A DNA stretch of 41,148 nt from assembly GCA_965364645.1 (NCBI GenBank), contig CBDTYP010000001.1, forward strand, positions 1 to 41,148. Reading direction: 5' to 3'. Positions 1 to 11,827 of this stretch are shown here, piece by piece. Position 1 is the stretch's first letter. The number at the start of each line of letters is the position of its first letter. The translations under genes and the position numbers were made by a program. Below the pieces are notes generated by a model. The model saw only the letters and a list, made by a program, of their open reading frames with translations, was not told the origin of the DNA and made no database searches. Source of the DNA: an uncultured Gammaproteobacteria bacterium. GTDB taxonomy: Bacteria; Pseudomonadota; Gammaproteobacteria; HK1.

Positions 1-3125
<3,125 letters not shown>

Positions 3126-3274
3126 GTTCTGTCCCCTGCGGGTCCGGAAACGCCCGAGTGTAGAGAAAGGCCGCCCCCGTGCCAACGCGGGTCCGGAGCG
3201 GCGGTCGTCAATCCGGCGATTTTCGGGCATGATTCTTCCCCTCGAAGGCTGTTTCCGTGGAGGGGAGATTGGCC

Positions 3275-4171
3275 ATGACCATCCAGGTGCGATCCCTGCA
3301 TCCCGACTTCGGCGCGGAAATTCTCGACGTCGATCTCGCAGGGCCGATGGCCGATGCGCGGTTCGAAGAGATTGCCCGGATCGTCGAGCAGTACTCGGTC
3401 GTGCTGTTTCGCGACCAGACCCTCGATGACGAGAGCCAGCTCGCCTTCACCCGCAGGTTCGGGGAGCTCGAGTTCGGTCATGTCGCCTACGGAAACGAGG
3501 GCAAGATCGAGTACCTGGGCCGGATCGGCAACGTCGACAAGCAGGGCCGGCACATGCCGTCGCAACACGAGCGTGTCATCTTCTCCACCGGCAACGAGAT
3601 GTGGCACTCCGACTCGTCGTTCAAGAAGGTTCCGGCGCGCTTCTCCATCTCCTACGCGTACGAGGTGACCCCGGAGGGCGGCGAGCTCGAGTTCGTGAGC
3701 ACCCGGCCCGCGTACGCGCGGCTGCCCGAGGATCTCAAGGAGAGGATCGCGGATCTGGTCGTCGTGCACGACTATGTCTACTCGCGCTCCAAGGTCGGCG
3801 CGGACGTCGTGTCCGATTCGCTGGCCGCGACCCTGCCGCCGGTCCCGCAGAAGCTCGTGCGCACGAACCCGGTGACGGGCGACAAGAACTACTACGTGGG
3901 CTCCCACGCGCGGTCCATCGAAGGCTGGAGAGACGAAGACGCGCGCCCCTTGCTGGACGATCTCATCGCGCGGGCGACGCAGCCGGAATCCCGCTACGTC
4001 CATCGCTGGCAGGCCGGTGAGCTGATTATCTGGGACAACCGCTGCGTGCTGCATCGCGGACGCCCCTACGACGCGGACCGCTACCGGCGGCGCATGCACC
4101 AGACCCGGGTCGCCGGATACTGCTCATCCCTGGAAGAGGACGGCATAACAACCTACGCAGGCGGGACCTAG
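3275..4171 (+). CDS. TauD/TfdA-family Fe(II)/2-oxoglutarate-dependent dioxygenase
   Basis: Track ORF 3257-4171. I prefer the ATG at 3275 (MTIQVRSL..), which sits 7 nt after GGAGGGGAG. Family motifs: WHSDSSFK (HxD iron ligands), [23 protein letters not shown] (distal His/Arg). Confidence 0.9.
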   Translation: MTIQVRSLHPDFGAEILDVDLAGPMADARFEEIARIVEQYSVVLFRDQTLDDESQLAFTRRFGELEFGHVAYGNEGKIEYLGRIGNVDKQGRHMPSQHERVIFSTGNEMWHSDSSFKKVPARFSISYAYEVTPEGGELEFVSTRPAYARLPEDLKERIADLVVVHDYVYSRSKVGADVVSDSLAATLPPVPQKLVRTNPVTGDKNYYVGSHARSIEGWRDEDARPLLDDLIARATQPESRYVHRWQAGELIIWDNRCVLHRGRPYDADRYRRRMHQTRVAGYCSSLEEDGITTYAGGT

Positions 4172-5901
4172 AGCCGCTCCTCTTCGAGTATCTCGAGATC
4201 CACCAGCTTCCACACGCCCTCTACGGGCTGCACCTCGAGATGTGCCAGGTAGCTGTTGGCGCGCTTGTGCACGTGTCCCCAGTGGCCGACGGAGCCCGAC
4301 GCGTTCCATCGCGCACGGGCGACGAATCCTCCGTTGCTGGCGGGCTCGGCATCGAGCTCCACCAGCTCGACCGACTTTATCTTCGCCCGGGCGCCGCCCT
4401 GGTTCGCGAGCACGAGACCCTTGCGGGTCTCCAGGTAGACATCCGCGAGAAGATCGCCGTCGACGCTGCGGGCGAGGACGTCGTAGATCCGCTCTTCCTC
4501 GCGGAAGTCGAAGGCGCGGTACACGTTGTGAAGGAGCCCGGCGACGATCGCGTTTGAGCCTGCGTCGGACCAGCCCGCGTCGCGGGAAACCCAGAACGTG
4601 CCGCAGCCCATCGTGAGCACCAGGGCGCCGGCCACAGCCTGCGCCGTCCACTCGCTATCCCGGGCTCGTCGCCGGACCGCCAATCCCAGCAAGAGGAGAC
4701 CCGCGCCCAGCAGGCCCCATCGCAGCCACAATGCCGCCCTCATCAGATCTCCCGGTGGCGCTTCGACGACGCGCAGTGTCGGTATCTCCGGCTTCTTGAG
4801 GAAATTCTGCCAAGTCAGGGTGCTGTAGGTCGGCTCGAGGAAGATCGGCAACGGCCCGGCCTGATCCACTGATGACGCGGGCACCTGCTGGATGCGTTCG
4901 TTGAACATGTCCCACTCCATGGTCACGAGCTGGGGCAGTCCATCCGTGGGATAGACGAAGATCGCGCCGAGAATCGCCGCATCGACGTCGAGCTCCCTCG
5001 GCGGATCGATGACGCGGCTGGTCCGCAGGGTGCGCTCCAGGAAGTTGATGCGCGCGAGCTGGGGCGTGACGGCCTCGCCGTCGATGTGCACTACCTGGCG
5101 TCCGCGCAGGAACTCGGCGGCCTTGCGCTTCACCTCGTCCTGGATCGCCACCGGGATGGTCTCGCGCCCACCGAGGCCCAGATCGATCCAGTGGTCGAGA
5201 TCCTTCGGCCGCGCGATGATCTCCTTGCGTACTTCGTAGGGCTCTACATAGATGAATCCACTCATGGGCGCCGAGTACGCGCGGCGCAGCGCGCGGCCGC
5301 GAAAGCGCGAGTACCACGGATCGTCCCAGTCGAGCTCGAGGACCTGCCGGCGGGCCAGGTAGCGGAAGTCGTTCACGGCGATACCGTCGTGGTAGGCGAC
5401 GAAGCCGATGCTCGAAGGCCCGCCGGTGGGCGCGTGGTCAATCCGAAGCTCCGCGGGCTCCCCGTCCGACGCGTACTCCAGGCGCGCGAAGACGACGGTC
5501 TCCGGGGGCTGATCGGTGCTCGTGAGGGGCTCTCCGGTCACCTGATCACGACGGACCCGTTCTCGGGGCTCGATGCCGATGAGGCGCCCGGGCAGGGGGG
5601 TCTGGCGGCCGTCGTCGTAGAGGGCCAGCTCGTGCGCGAAGAAGCGGGTGAGCCGCTCGCGGAGCGGCGCCGGCGGGTTGCCGGTCTTCTCGTATATCTG
5701 ATCCGGCAGGATATTGGCGAAGGCGGGCAGGTCGCCGAGTCCGATCTCGAGCTCGACGTAGACCCGGTCACGCTCGATGTAGAACTCCGCGATCGTGGTC
5801 GCGAGCATCGCCTGGCTGCGAATGATCGCGTCCGCCCACGCGCTCGGCGCGAGCAGCAGCATCAAGGTCAGGAGGAGGCCGAGCGGCCCGGTGCGTCCCA
5901 T
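4168..5901 (-). CDS. Hypothetical secreted/membrane protein (577 aa): signal peptide, large N-terminal domain, 2 TM helices, C-terminal globular domain
   Basis: Track ORF 4168-5985, trimmed to the ATG at 5901 (MGRTGPLGLLLTLMLLLAPSAWA/DA, a classic signal peptide). Hydrophobic helices at AALWLRWGLLGAGLLLLGLAV and AQAVAGALVLTMGCGTFWV are separated by RRRARDSE. Third codon positions are GC-rich by eye. I recognise no family. Confidence 0.8.
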   Translation of the reverse strand: MGRTGPLGLLLTLMLLLAPSAWADAIIRSQAMLATTIAEFYIERDRVYVELEIGLGDLPAFANILPDQIYEKTGNPPAPLRERLTRFFAHELALYDDGRQTPLPGRLIGIEPRERVRRDQVTGEPLTSTDQPPETVVFARLEYASDGEPAELRIDHAPTGGPSSIGFVAYHDGIAVNDFRYLARRQVLELDWDDPWYSRFRGRALRRAYSAPMSGFIYVEPYEVRKEIIARPKDLDHWIDLGLGGRETIPVAIQDEVKRKAAEFLRGRQVVHIDGEAVTPQLARINFLERTLRTSRVIDPPRELDVDAAILGAIFVYPTDGLPQLVTMEWDMFNERIQQVPASSVDQAGPLPIFLEPTYSTLTWQNFLKKPEIPTLRVVEAPPGDLMRAALWLRWGLLGAGLLLLGLAVRRRARDSEWTAQAVAGALVLTMGCGTFWVSRDAGWSDAGSNAIVAGLLHNVYRAFDFREEERIYDVLARSVDGDLLADVYLETRKGLVLANQGGARAKIKSVELVELDAEPASNGGFVARARWNASGSVGHWGHVHKRANSYLAHLEVQPVEGVWKLVDLEILEEERL

Positions 5902-6044
5902 GGCGTGTCGATCTGTCCGCCGGGTACGTCCGGCACTCGTTGTTCGGGATTCGATATTATCGGGAATTCCCGCCAGCCCGTACAATTACGGAATCTCCGG
6001 CCGAATTTTCGGCCCGCAGGCCGGCCCGTAGGAATCCGCTCGAG

Positions 6045-6716
6045 ATGATTGCCATCGACTCGCTGGACTTCAGCTACCCAGGCGGCGACTTCCGGCTGCG
6101 CATCGCTGACCTGCGCGTCCAGCGCGGCGAGAAGCTGGCGGTCATCGGCCCGAGCGGCAGCGGCAAGACGACCCTCCTGAACCTGGTGTCCGGCATCGTC
6201 ACGCCCCGGGAAGGAACCATCCAGGTCGACGAGGTCGCCGTCGATGAGTTGCAGGACGCGGCCCGCAGGGCGTTTCGCATCACCAGCATCGGGTTCGTGT
6301 TTCAGGACTTCGCCCTGCTCGATTACCTCAACGTCTCCGACAACATCCTCCATCCTTATCGCATCAGCCCGGCTCTCCAACTGACCGATACGGTTCGCAA
6401 CCGGGCGGGTGAGCTCGCCCGGGAGCTCGGCATCGAGGACAAGCTGAATCGCTTCCCCGACGCGTTGTCCCATGGCGAGAAGCAGCGCGCCGCCATTTGC
6501 CGGGCGCTGTTGCCGGAGCCGCGGGTCATCCTCGCGGACGAGGCTACCGGAAACCTCGATCCCGAGAACAAGATTCGGATTCTCGATCTTCTCTTTCGCG
6601 GCGTCGAGAATCGTGACGCAACCTTGCTGGCGGTTACCCACGATCACGAGCTGCTCGATCGATTCGATCGTGTCATCGACTTCCGCGACTTTCATGAACC
6701 GGCCGCGAACCCGTGA
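6045..6716 (+). CDS. ABC transporter ATP-binding protein (MacB/LolD-like)
   Basis: Track ORF 5940-6716, trimmed to the ATG at 6045 (MIAIDSLDFSY). Walker A GPSGSGKTT, signature LSHGEKQR, Walker B VILADEATGNLD, H-loop VTHD. The stop overlaps the next gene's start (GTGA). Confidence 0.92.
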   Translation: MIAIDSLDFSYPGGDFRLRIADLRVQRGEKLAVIGPSGSGKTTLLNLVSGIVTPREGTIQVDEVAVDELQDAARRAFRITSIGFVFQDFALLDYLNVSDNILHPYRISPALQLTDTVRNRAGELARELGIEDKLNRFPDALSHGEKQRAAICRALLPEPRVILADEATGNLDPENKIRILDLLFRGVENRDATLLAVTHDHELLDRFDRVIDFRDFHEPAANP

Positions 6717-7897
6717 CGGCCAGCCTTTACATCGCCTGGCGCTATCTCGTCTTCAACAAGGTGAGAACGGCGACGATTGTCGCCTGCGTCACGCTCATCG
6801 CCGTGGTGCCGCTCGCGCTCCAGCTCGTCCTGGACGAGAGCGAGCGTCAACTGCTGTCCAGGGCGGCGTCCACGCCGCTCGTGGTCGGAGCCAGGGGCAG
6901 CGCGTTGGATCTTATAATGAGTACCCTCTACTTCGACGACGAGACACCTGAGCCCATAAGCATGGCATCGTCCCGGCGGGTTCTCGATTCGGGGTTCGCA
7001 GCACCCATTCCGATGTACGTGCGCTTCCGCGCGCGTGACTTCCCCATCGTGGGCACGACGATAGAGTATTTCGATCTCCGCGGCCTGACCATGAGGGAGG
7101 GGCGGTCGCTTGCGGTGCTGGGCGAGACTGTCCTCGGCGCCGCCGCCGCGGAGCGTTTGTCCCTCAGACCGGGAGATACGATCGTCTCCAGCCCCGAGTC
7201 GTTGTTCGACCTCGCCGGCGTCTACCCTCTCAAGATGAAGGTAGTCGGCGTTCTGGAAAGGAATCACACGCCGGACGACGTGGGTATCTTCGTCGACGTG
7301 AAGACGGCCTGGGTCATCCAGGGACTCGGTCACGGGCACGACGATGTGAGAGAGTCGACGGATCCCACATTGGTGATCGGGCGCGACGAGAAGAGCGTCG
7401 CGGCATCCGCCAAGCTCCCTATCTACAACGAGATCACCGCCGACAATCTCCACACGTTCCATTTCCACGGCGACGCGGCGGTCTATCCGTTGACTGCCGT
7501 CATCGCGGCGCCCCATGACGGCAAGTCCGGCACCATCCTGCGCGGCCGCTATGTGTCCGGCGACGAAGAGGAACAGATTGTCGTCCCGATGGACATTGTC
7601 GACGGGCTGCTGCAGAGCATATTCCAGGTGAAGAACGTCATGGATGCCGTCGTCGCCATGGTGGGAAGCGCCACGGTGCTCGCCGTCATGCTGGTGTTCG
7701 CGTTGTCCCTTCGCCTTCGCCAGAAGGAGTTCGACACCATATTCAAGCTCGGCTCCAGCCGGCTCACCGTCGTCCGCCTGGTATCCGCCGAGATCATCAT
7801 CATCGGGCTCGTCAGCGCCGCCCTGTGTTTCCTGGTGCTGGGGCTGGCCCACCTGGCGGCCCCCGAGCTGGTACGCACCCTGATTATCCGGCTCTGA
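6713..7897 (+). CDS. ABC transporter permease, FtsX/MacB-type (4 TM with large periplasmic domain)
   Basis: GTG start overlaps the ATPase stop. N-terminal motif YIAWRYLVFNKVRT followed by TM1, then a periplasmic insert of about 230 aa, then three C-terminal TM helices. This is the typical FtsX-like (type VII ABC) topology. Confidence 0.88.
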   Translation: MTASLYIAWRYLVFNKVRTATIVACVTLIAVVPLALQLVLDESERQLLSRAASTPLVVGARGSALDLIMSTLYFDDETPEPISMASSRRVLDSGFAAPIPMYVRFRARDFPIVGTTIEYFDLRGLTMREGRSLAVLGETVLGAAAAERLSLRPGDTIVSSPESLFDLAGVYPLKMKVVGVLERNHTPDDVGIFVDVKTAWVIQGLGHGHDDVRESTDPTLVIGRDEKSVAASAKLPIYNEITADNLHTFHFHGDAAVYPLTAVIAAPHDGKSGTILRGRYVSGDEEEQIVVPMDIVDGLLQSIFQVKNVMDAVVAMVGSATVLAVMLVFALSLRLRQKEFDTIFKLGSSRLTVVRLVSAEIIIIGLVSAALCFLVLGLAHLAAPELVRTLIIRL

Positions 7898-7938
7898 GAC
7901 GGGCCGCCGACCAAGGGGCGCGGCGCCTCGATGGGCCC

Positions 7939-8883
7939 ATGGAGATGGTCTACTATTGGATTGGTTCACCCGTCGATTCGTGCCAAAGGGGGCGCAATCC
8001 ATTGATACGCCTGTCAACCGTTCTTCTGATTGGATTCCTGTCGATCACCCAGGGCGCCTTCGCCGAACAGGCGCCCGTCAATCTCTGTACCGGCGGTCCC
8101 GAGGGCAACTACTACGCCACCGGGCGCGACATCGCCGCCTGGGCGAGCCCGAAGTTCGTGAAGGTGAGCGTGGTGCAGACCGAGGGTTCCATGGACAACA
8201 TGCAGCGGATGGCGCGAAGCGAGTGCGGTGCGGCGATCGTCCAGTCCGACGCCTACCTGGTTTACCAGACGCGCCACAAAGATCGTCCGGTGGAGGTAAC
8301 CAGGAATCGCTTCCTGTATGCAGAGTTCGCACATCTCGTCTGCCGTCGTGACGCCAACGTGTCGAGCACCGGAGATCTGCTGGCGAATCCCACGCGTCAC
8401 AGAATCCTGGTCGGCGCCGCGGAGAGCGGCAGCGCGGTCACGTGGCATGCGTTCACGATTCTGGATCGCCGATTCAGTCAGATGCCCGCGGAGAACGTCG
8501 GCGGCGAGGCCGCCCTCGAGCGTGTCCTCGGGGGCCAGGCCCAGTGCATGTTCTTCGTCGCGGGCCTGGGTTCGAAGCTCGGCAAGGATGTCGACAAGGC
8601 AGGCAAGGACCTTCGCCTGGTGCCGATCACCGAGGACGTGCTGCGCACTGCGCAGTTCGGTTCGACGACGTTGTACGAATCCCGGCACATTCCCAGGAAT
8701 ACCTACCAGAGTCTCGAAGCGGGACTCCCGGAGGGCGGGGTTGAGACGATCACCGTCGCGGCGACGCTTGTCATCGATCGGCGCTGGGCGGACCGCTATC
8801 CCAACGGGCCATCGGGCCTCCTGGGCGGAGTAACGGGCGCGATGCCCGCCATCAGCAAACGGGCGATGTCGGGCTTCAATTGA
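7939..8883 (+). CDS. TAXI-family (TRAP-type) periplasmic solute-binding protein-like
   Basis: Track ORF 7825-8883. TGGPEGNYYATGRDIA, TEGSMDNMQRM..ECGAAIVQSDA and RILVGAAESGSAVTW follow the TAXI receptor pattern (TGGxxGxYY .. GSxxN .. Q.D). The start is uncertain: ATG 7939, or TTG 8002 giving MIRLSTVLLIGFLSITQGAFA (a clean signal peptide, with AAGGGGG about 10 nt upstream). Confidence 0.8.
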   Translation: MEMVYYWIGSPVDSCQRGRNPLIRLSTVLLIGFLSITQGAFAEQAPVNLCTGGPEGNYYATGRDIAAWASPKFVKVSVVQTEGSMDNMQRMARSECGAAIVQSDAYLVYQTRHKDRPVEVTRNRFLYAEFAHLVCRRDANVSSTGDLLANPTRHRILVGAAESGSAVTWHAFTILDRRFSQMPAENVGGEAALERVLGGQAQCMFFVAGLGSKLGKDVDKAGKDLRLVPITEDVLRTAQFGSTTLYESRHIPRNTYQSLEAGLPEGGVETITVAATLVIDRRWADRYPNGPSGLLGGVTGAMPAISKRAMSGFN

Positions 8884-9377
8884 ACCCAGAGAAAGAATTC
8901 GATCCCGCATCCCACAAGCTGTCGAACGAGTCGCGCTTCTTCGAGGACTTCACCGTGGGGGAGCGCTTCGTCCTCCCATCCCGGACCATGACCGAGTCGC
9001 ACTTCCTCGCGTTTCAGGCGGCGAGCGGCGACAACCACCCCATTCACTACGACAGGCCCTACTGCCAGTCGCACGGGCACCGGGATCTGCTGGCCCACGG
9101 GTTTCAAGTGCTCATCCAGACCGTTGCGGGCGCGGGTCTCTTCCCGCATCTCGTGGAGGATTCGTTGATGGGGTTCATCGAGCAGAGCTCGCGTTTCCTC
9201 GCCCCGGTATATGTCGGCGACACCCTGTATGCGGCTCTGGAAGTGTCCGAGCTGAAGGCGCAACGCACGACGGGCGTCCTCAGCGTGCGTTCGAGCGTGC
9301 ACAATCAGGACGGGACGTTGGTGATGGAGGGCGAGCAGAAGTATCTGCTCAGGAAGCGCGAACCGGGCGAAGGCTGA
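8880..9377 (+). CDS. MaoC-like (R)-specific enoyl-CoA hydratase / hotdog-fold dehydratase
   Basis: The only in-frame start is TTG, which overlaps the upstream stop (TTGA). Motif SGDNHPIHYD followed by a hotdog-fold C-terminal half. 165 aa. Confidence 0.8.
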   Translation: MNPEKEFDPASHKLSNESRFFEDFTVGERFVLPSRTMTESHFLAFQAASGDNHPIHYDRPYCQSHGHRDLLAHGFQVLIQTVAGAGLFPHLVEDSLMGFIEQSSRFLAPVYVGDTLYAALEVSELKAQRTTGVLSVRSSVHNQDGTLVMEGEQKYLLRKREPGEG

Positions 9378-9384
9378 CCCGGCG

Positions 9385-10281
9385 TCAGCGCGAAGCGCCG
9401 GCCATCTCTTCGTCGTAGCCCGCGTCGATCACGGTAGTGCGGGTCATCACCCGCCGCTCGCTCCTCGTGTCCCACGGACGACCCCGGTGCAGCATGCACC
9501 GGTTGTCCCACATGACGAGATCCCCCACGGTCCATCGGTGCGTATAGACGTGCTCCGGACGCGTGCACCAGTCCAGCAGTTCGTCGAGGAGCGGTCGGCT
9601 CTCGCCAGGCGTCATGCCCTCAATGGTGACCGCATGGGATGCGATATAGAGGGCGCGCTCGCCGTTGCCGGGGTTAGTGCGCACTAACGGTCGCGCCACC
9701 GGCGGCAACTTATCCAGAAGCTTTTCGTCGACGAGCCCCGGCGCCACCATGTCGCGGGAGCGTCGAAAGTCGTGGACCGCCCATCGACCCTCGATGAGCG
9801 CTTGTTTCTCCGCTGGCAGCGTGCGGAGTCCGGCCCGCGTGGAGGCGTACTCGGTCTCCCCGCCCCGGGAGGGCACTTGGACCGCATAGAGCAGAGACGC
9901 GAGAGCCGTCCTGGGCTTGTATGAGCTGTCCGTATGCCAGAATCGGTTCGCGGCGTTGAACAGCTGTTTGCGATCGTCGGGGGGGATGATCTCTCCGGAG
10001 TCGTCGACATTCGACAGATGAGAGATATGCAGGCCCGGCCCGGAGTCCGATTGCTTGCTGATGGCCTTCTCGAGCGGGCCGAAGTGCTCGCTGAAGGCGA
10101 CCAGGGAGGCCGCGTCCAGGTCCTGATCGGGAAACATCAGGACCGAGTGCGCCTCGAATGCCTGCAGGACATCCGCGAGGGTTTCGTCGGAGAGGCGTTG
10201 GCTCAGATTCAACCCGCGCACCTTCACCCCGAACAGCGGATGCAGCGGCGCGACTTCGAAGGCGGTGGGAGCCTCGCTCAT
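9385..10281 (-). CDS. TauD/TfdA-family Fe(II)/2-oxoglutarate-dependent dioxygenase (paralog of 3275-4171)
   Basis: WHTDSSYK, LVRTNPGNG and VMWDNRCMLHRGRP are collinear with the first dioxygenase. The ATG lies 10 nt after the upstream stop. Confidence 0.9.
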   Translation of the reverse strand: MSEAPTAFEVAPLHPLFGVKVRGLNLSQRLSDETLADVLQAFEAHSVLMFPDQDLDAASLVAFSEHFGPLEKAISKQSDSGPGLHISHLSNVDDSGEIIPPDDRKQLFNAANRFWHTDSSYKPRTALASLLYAVQVPSRGGETEYASTRAGLRTLPAEKQALIEGRWAVHDFRRSRDMVAPGLVDEKLLDKLPPVARPLVRTNPGNGERALYIASHAVTIEGMTPGESRPLLDELLDWCTRPEHVYTHRWTVGDLVMWDNRCMLHRGRPWDTRSERRVMTRTTVIDAGYDEEMAGASR

Positions 10282-10291
10282 CGATCGACTC

Positions 10292-11827
10292 TCACGGGGC
10301 CTTCGACAGCACGACGATTCGACCCGGGACCGGCACCGGGTCGTCGCGGAGCGTCATCTCCCGGCTGTAGGCGGGGGACAGGTTGGATGCGGCGGCGAGG
10401 GCGTCGACGTAGGGCGACGAGTGCGCGTATCTCCCGGTCGGCCGCAGCGCGAAGCCGTCGCCATCGGTGTCCTCGACAGAGAACGCTATCAGCCCCCCCG
10501 GGCGCAACGCGCGGGCGCACCCTTCCATGACGCCGGCGAGTTCGCCGACGTAGGTGAATACGTCGCCGGCCACGATGAGATCGAAGGTCTGCTCCTGTCC
10601 ATCGAGGGCCTCGTCGATGCTCCTGGCGGCCAACGAGTCGTAGACGTTGCGCGCGCGGCTCTTCGCCACCATCCGCGGCGACAGGTCGACGCCCACGAGG
10701 AAACTAGCGAGGGGGCGCAGGATTTCGCCGCAAAGGCCGGTTCCGCAACCAAGGTCCAGTACGCGCCAGCCCGGTGTCTCGTTCCCTGCGACGTCGAGGA
10801 CGGCGTCACGGATCAGCTCGGGGACCCGATAGGAGATCTGATTCAGGTGCGCATCGAATCGGTCGGCATAGTCGTCGAAGAGCCTGGTGACGTATCCCGC
10901 CGGCGCGCCGGTCGTCATCTCGCCCGTGGTCGCGGCGAGCATGTGGCGCGCAACGTCGTCATCGGGATTCGACGCGAGCAGCTCCCGGAAACATTCGGCG
11001 GCTGCCTCGAGTTCGCCTCGCTCCTGCAGGAGCACACCCAGGTGCTTGAGCGCGAGAGCGTTCCCCGGCTCGATATCCAACGCTTTTCTATACGCGCCTT
11101 CCGCCTCGTCGGTTCTGCCGAGCATCTGCAGGGCGAGTCCCATGCCGGCGTGACCCCGGGGCTCATCGGGCGCGCTCCGCGCGCTCGCCTCGAACAGCTC
11201 CAGCGCCGCATCGATGCCGCCGGCCTCCAGCAGGACCGTACCGATCAGGTTGACCAGGTCCGGTGCGCCCCCGGCCAGCGCCAGCGCTTCGTGCAGAGCC
11301 GATTCGCCTTCTTCGTGCCGGCCGCTGAAGAGCAGCACGCGGGCCAGTCCGATGAACGCCCTCGGGTCATCCGGGGTCAGCTCGATGGCCTTTCGGTAGG
11401 ACGACTCCGAAGACTCCATCTCACCCTTCGCCGAGTAGGCGTCGCCGAGCTTCGCGTGGGCAGCGGCAAAATCGGGGGCGAGCTCCAGCGCGCGGCGCCA
11501 GCCCGCGATCGCTTCGTCCGCGGCGCCGCAGGCCAGGTGGGCGCTGGCGAGATGCCCGCACAGGGTCGCGTCGTCGTCCCGGATCGTCATCGCTCGGCCG
11601 AGATAGTCGACGGCTTCGCGTGGATCGCCGCGGAGGAACGCGAGGAATCCGTGGCGATGCAGCGCATCGGGCTGATCCGGTTCGAGCTCGAGCACCTGCA
11701 GGAAGCACGCGTCGGCATCACTGCCACGTCCGTGGCGGATGTGCTCATCTCCGGCGCGCATCAAACGAGCGATCTCGGGCGCGTGATCCGACTCTTGCCC
11801 CTGGAGGTCAGGTCTCTCGGTCTTCAT
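10292..11827 (-). CDS. TPR-repeat protein fused to class I SAM-dependent methyltransferase (COG4976-like)
   Basis: N-terminal ~300 aa are 34-residue TPR units (A..Y..AL.L.P motifs repeated). C-terminus has VLDLGCGTGLCG (SAM motif I) and LRPGGLIAFSVE. I prefer the ATG at 11827, preceded by GGGGAGG; the track's longest start is GTG 11854. It overlaps the upstream gene's end by 20 nt. Confidence 0.85.
   Translation of the reverse strand: MKTERPDLQGQESDHAPEIARLMRAGDEHIRHGRGSDADACFLQVLELEPDQPDALHRHGFLAFLRGDPREAVDYLGRAMTIRDDDATLCGHLASAHLACGAADEAIAGWRRALELAPDFAAAHAKLGDAYSAKGEMESSESSYRKAIELTPDDPRAFIGLARVLLFSGRHEEGESALHEALALAGGAPDLVNLIGTVLLEAGGIDAALELFEASARSAPDEPRGHAGMGLALQMLGRTDEAEGAYRKALDIEPGNALALKHLGVLLQERGELEAAAECFRELLASNPDDDVARHMLAATTGEMTTGAPAGYVTRLFDDYADRFDAHLNQISYRVPELIRDAVLDVAGNETPGWRVLDLGCGTGLCGEILRPLASFLVGVDLSPRMVAKSRARNVYDSLAARSIDEALDGQEQTFDLIVAGDVFTYVGELAGVMEGCARALRPGGLIAFSVEDTDGDGFALRPTGRYAHSSPYVDALAAASNLSPAYSREMTLRDDPVPVPGRIVVLSKAP

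Noticed and set aside
4168-4171. CTAG shared by two convergent stop codons (TAG on each strand)
   Set aside because: It is real in the sequence, but it is a trivial consequence of tight convergent packing. It leaves no room for a terminator, and there is no further evidence that it has any significance.
8014-8910. 298-aa minus-strand ORF opposite the TAXI-like gene
   Set aside because: Its composition is Arg/Ala/Gly/Pro-rich, typical of antisense frames in GC-rich DNA. The plus frame carries TAXI family motifs and a signal peptide.
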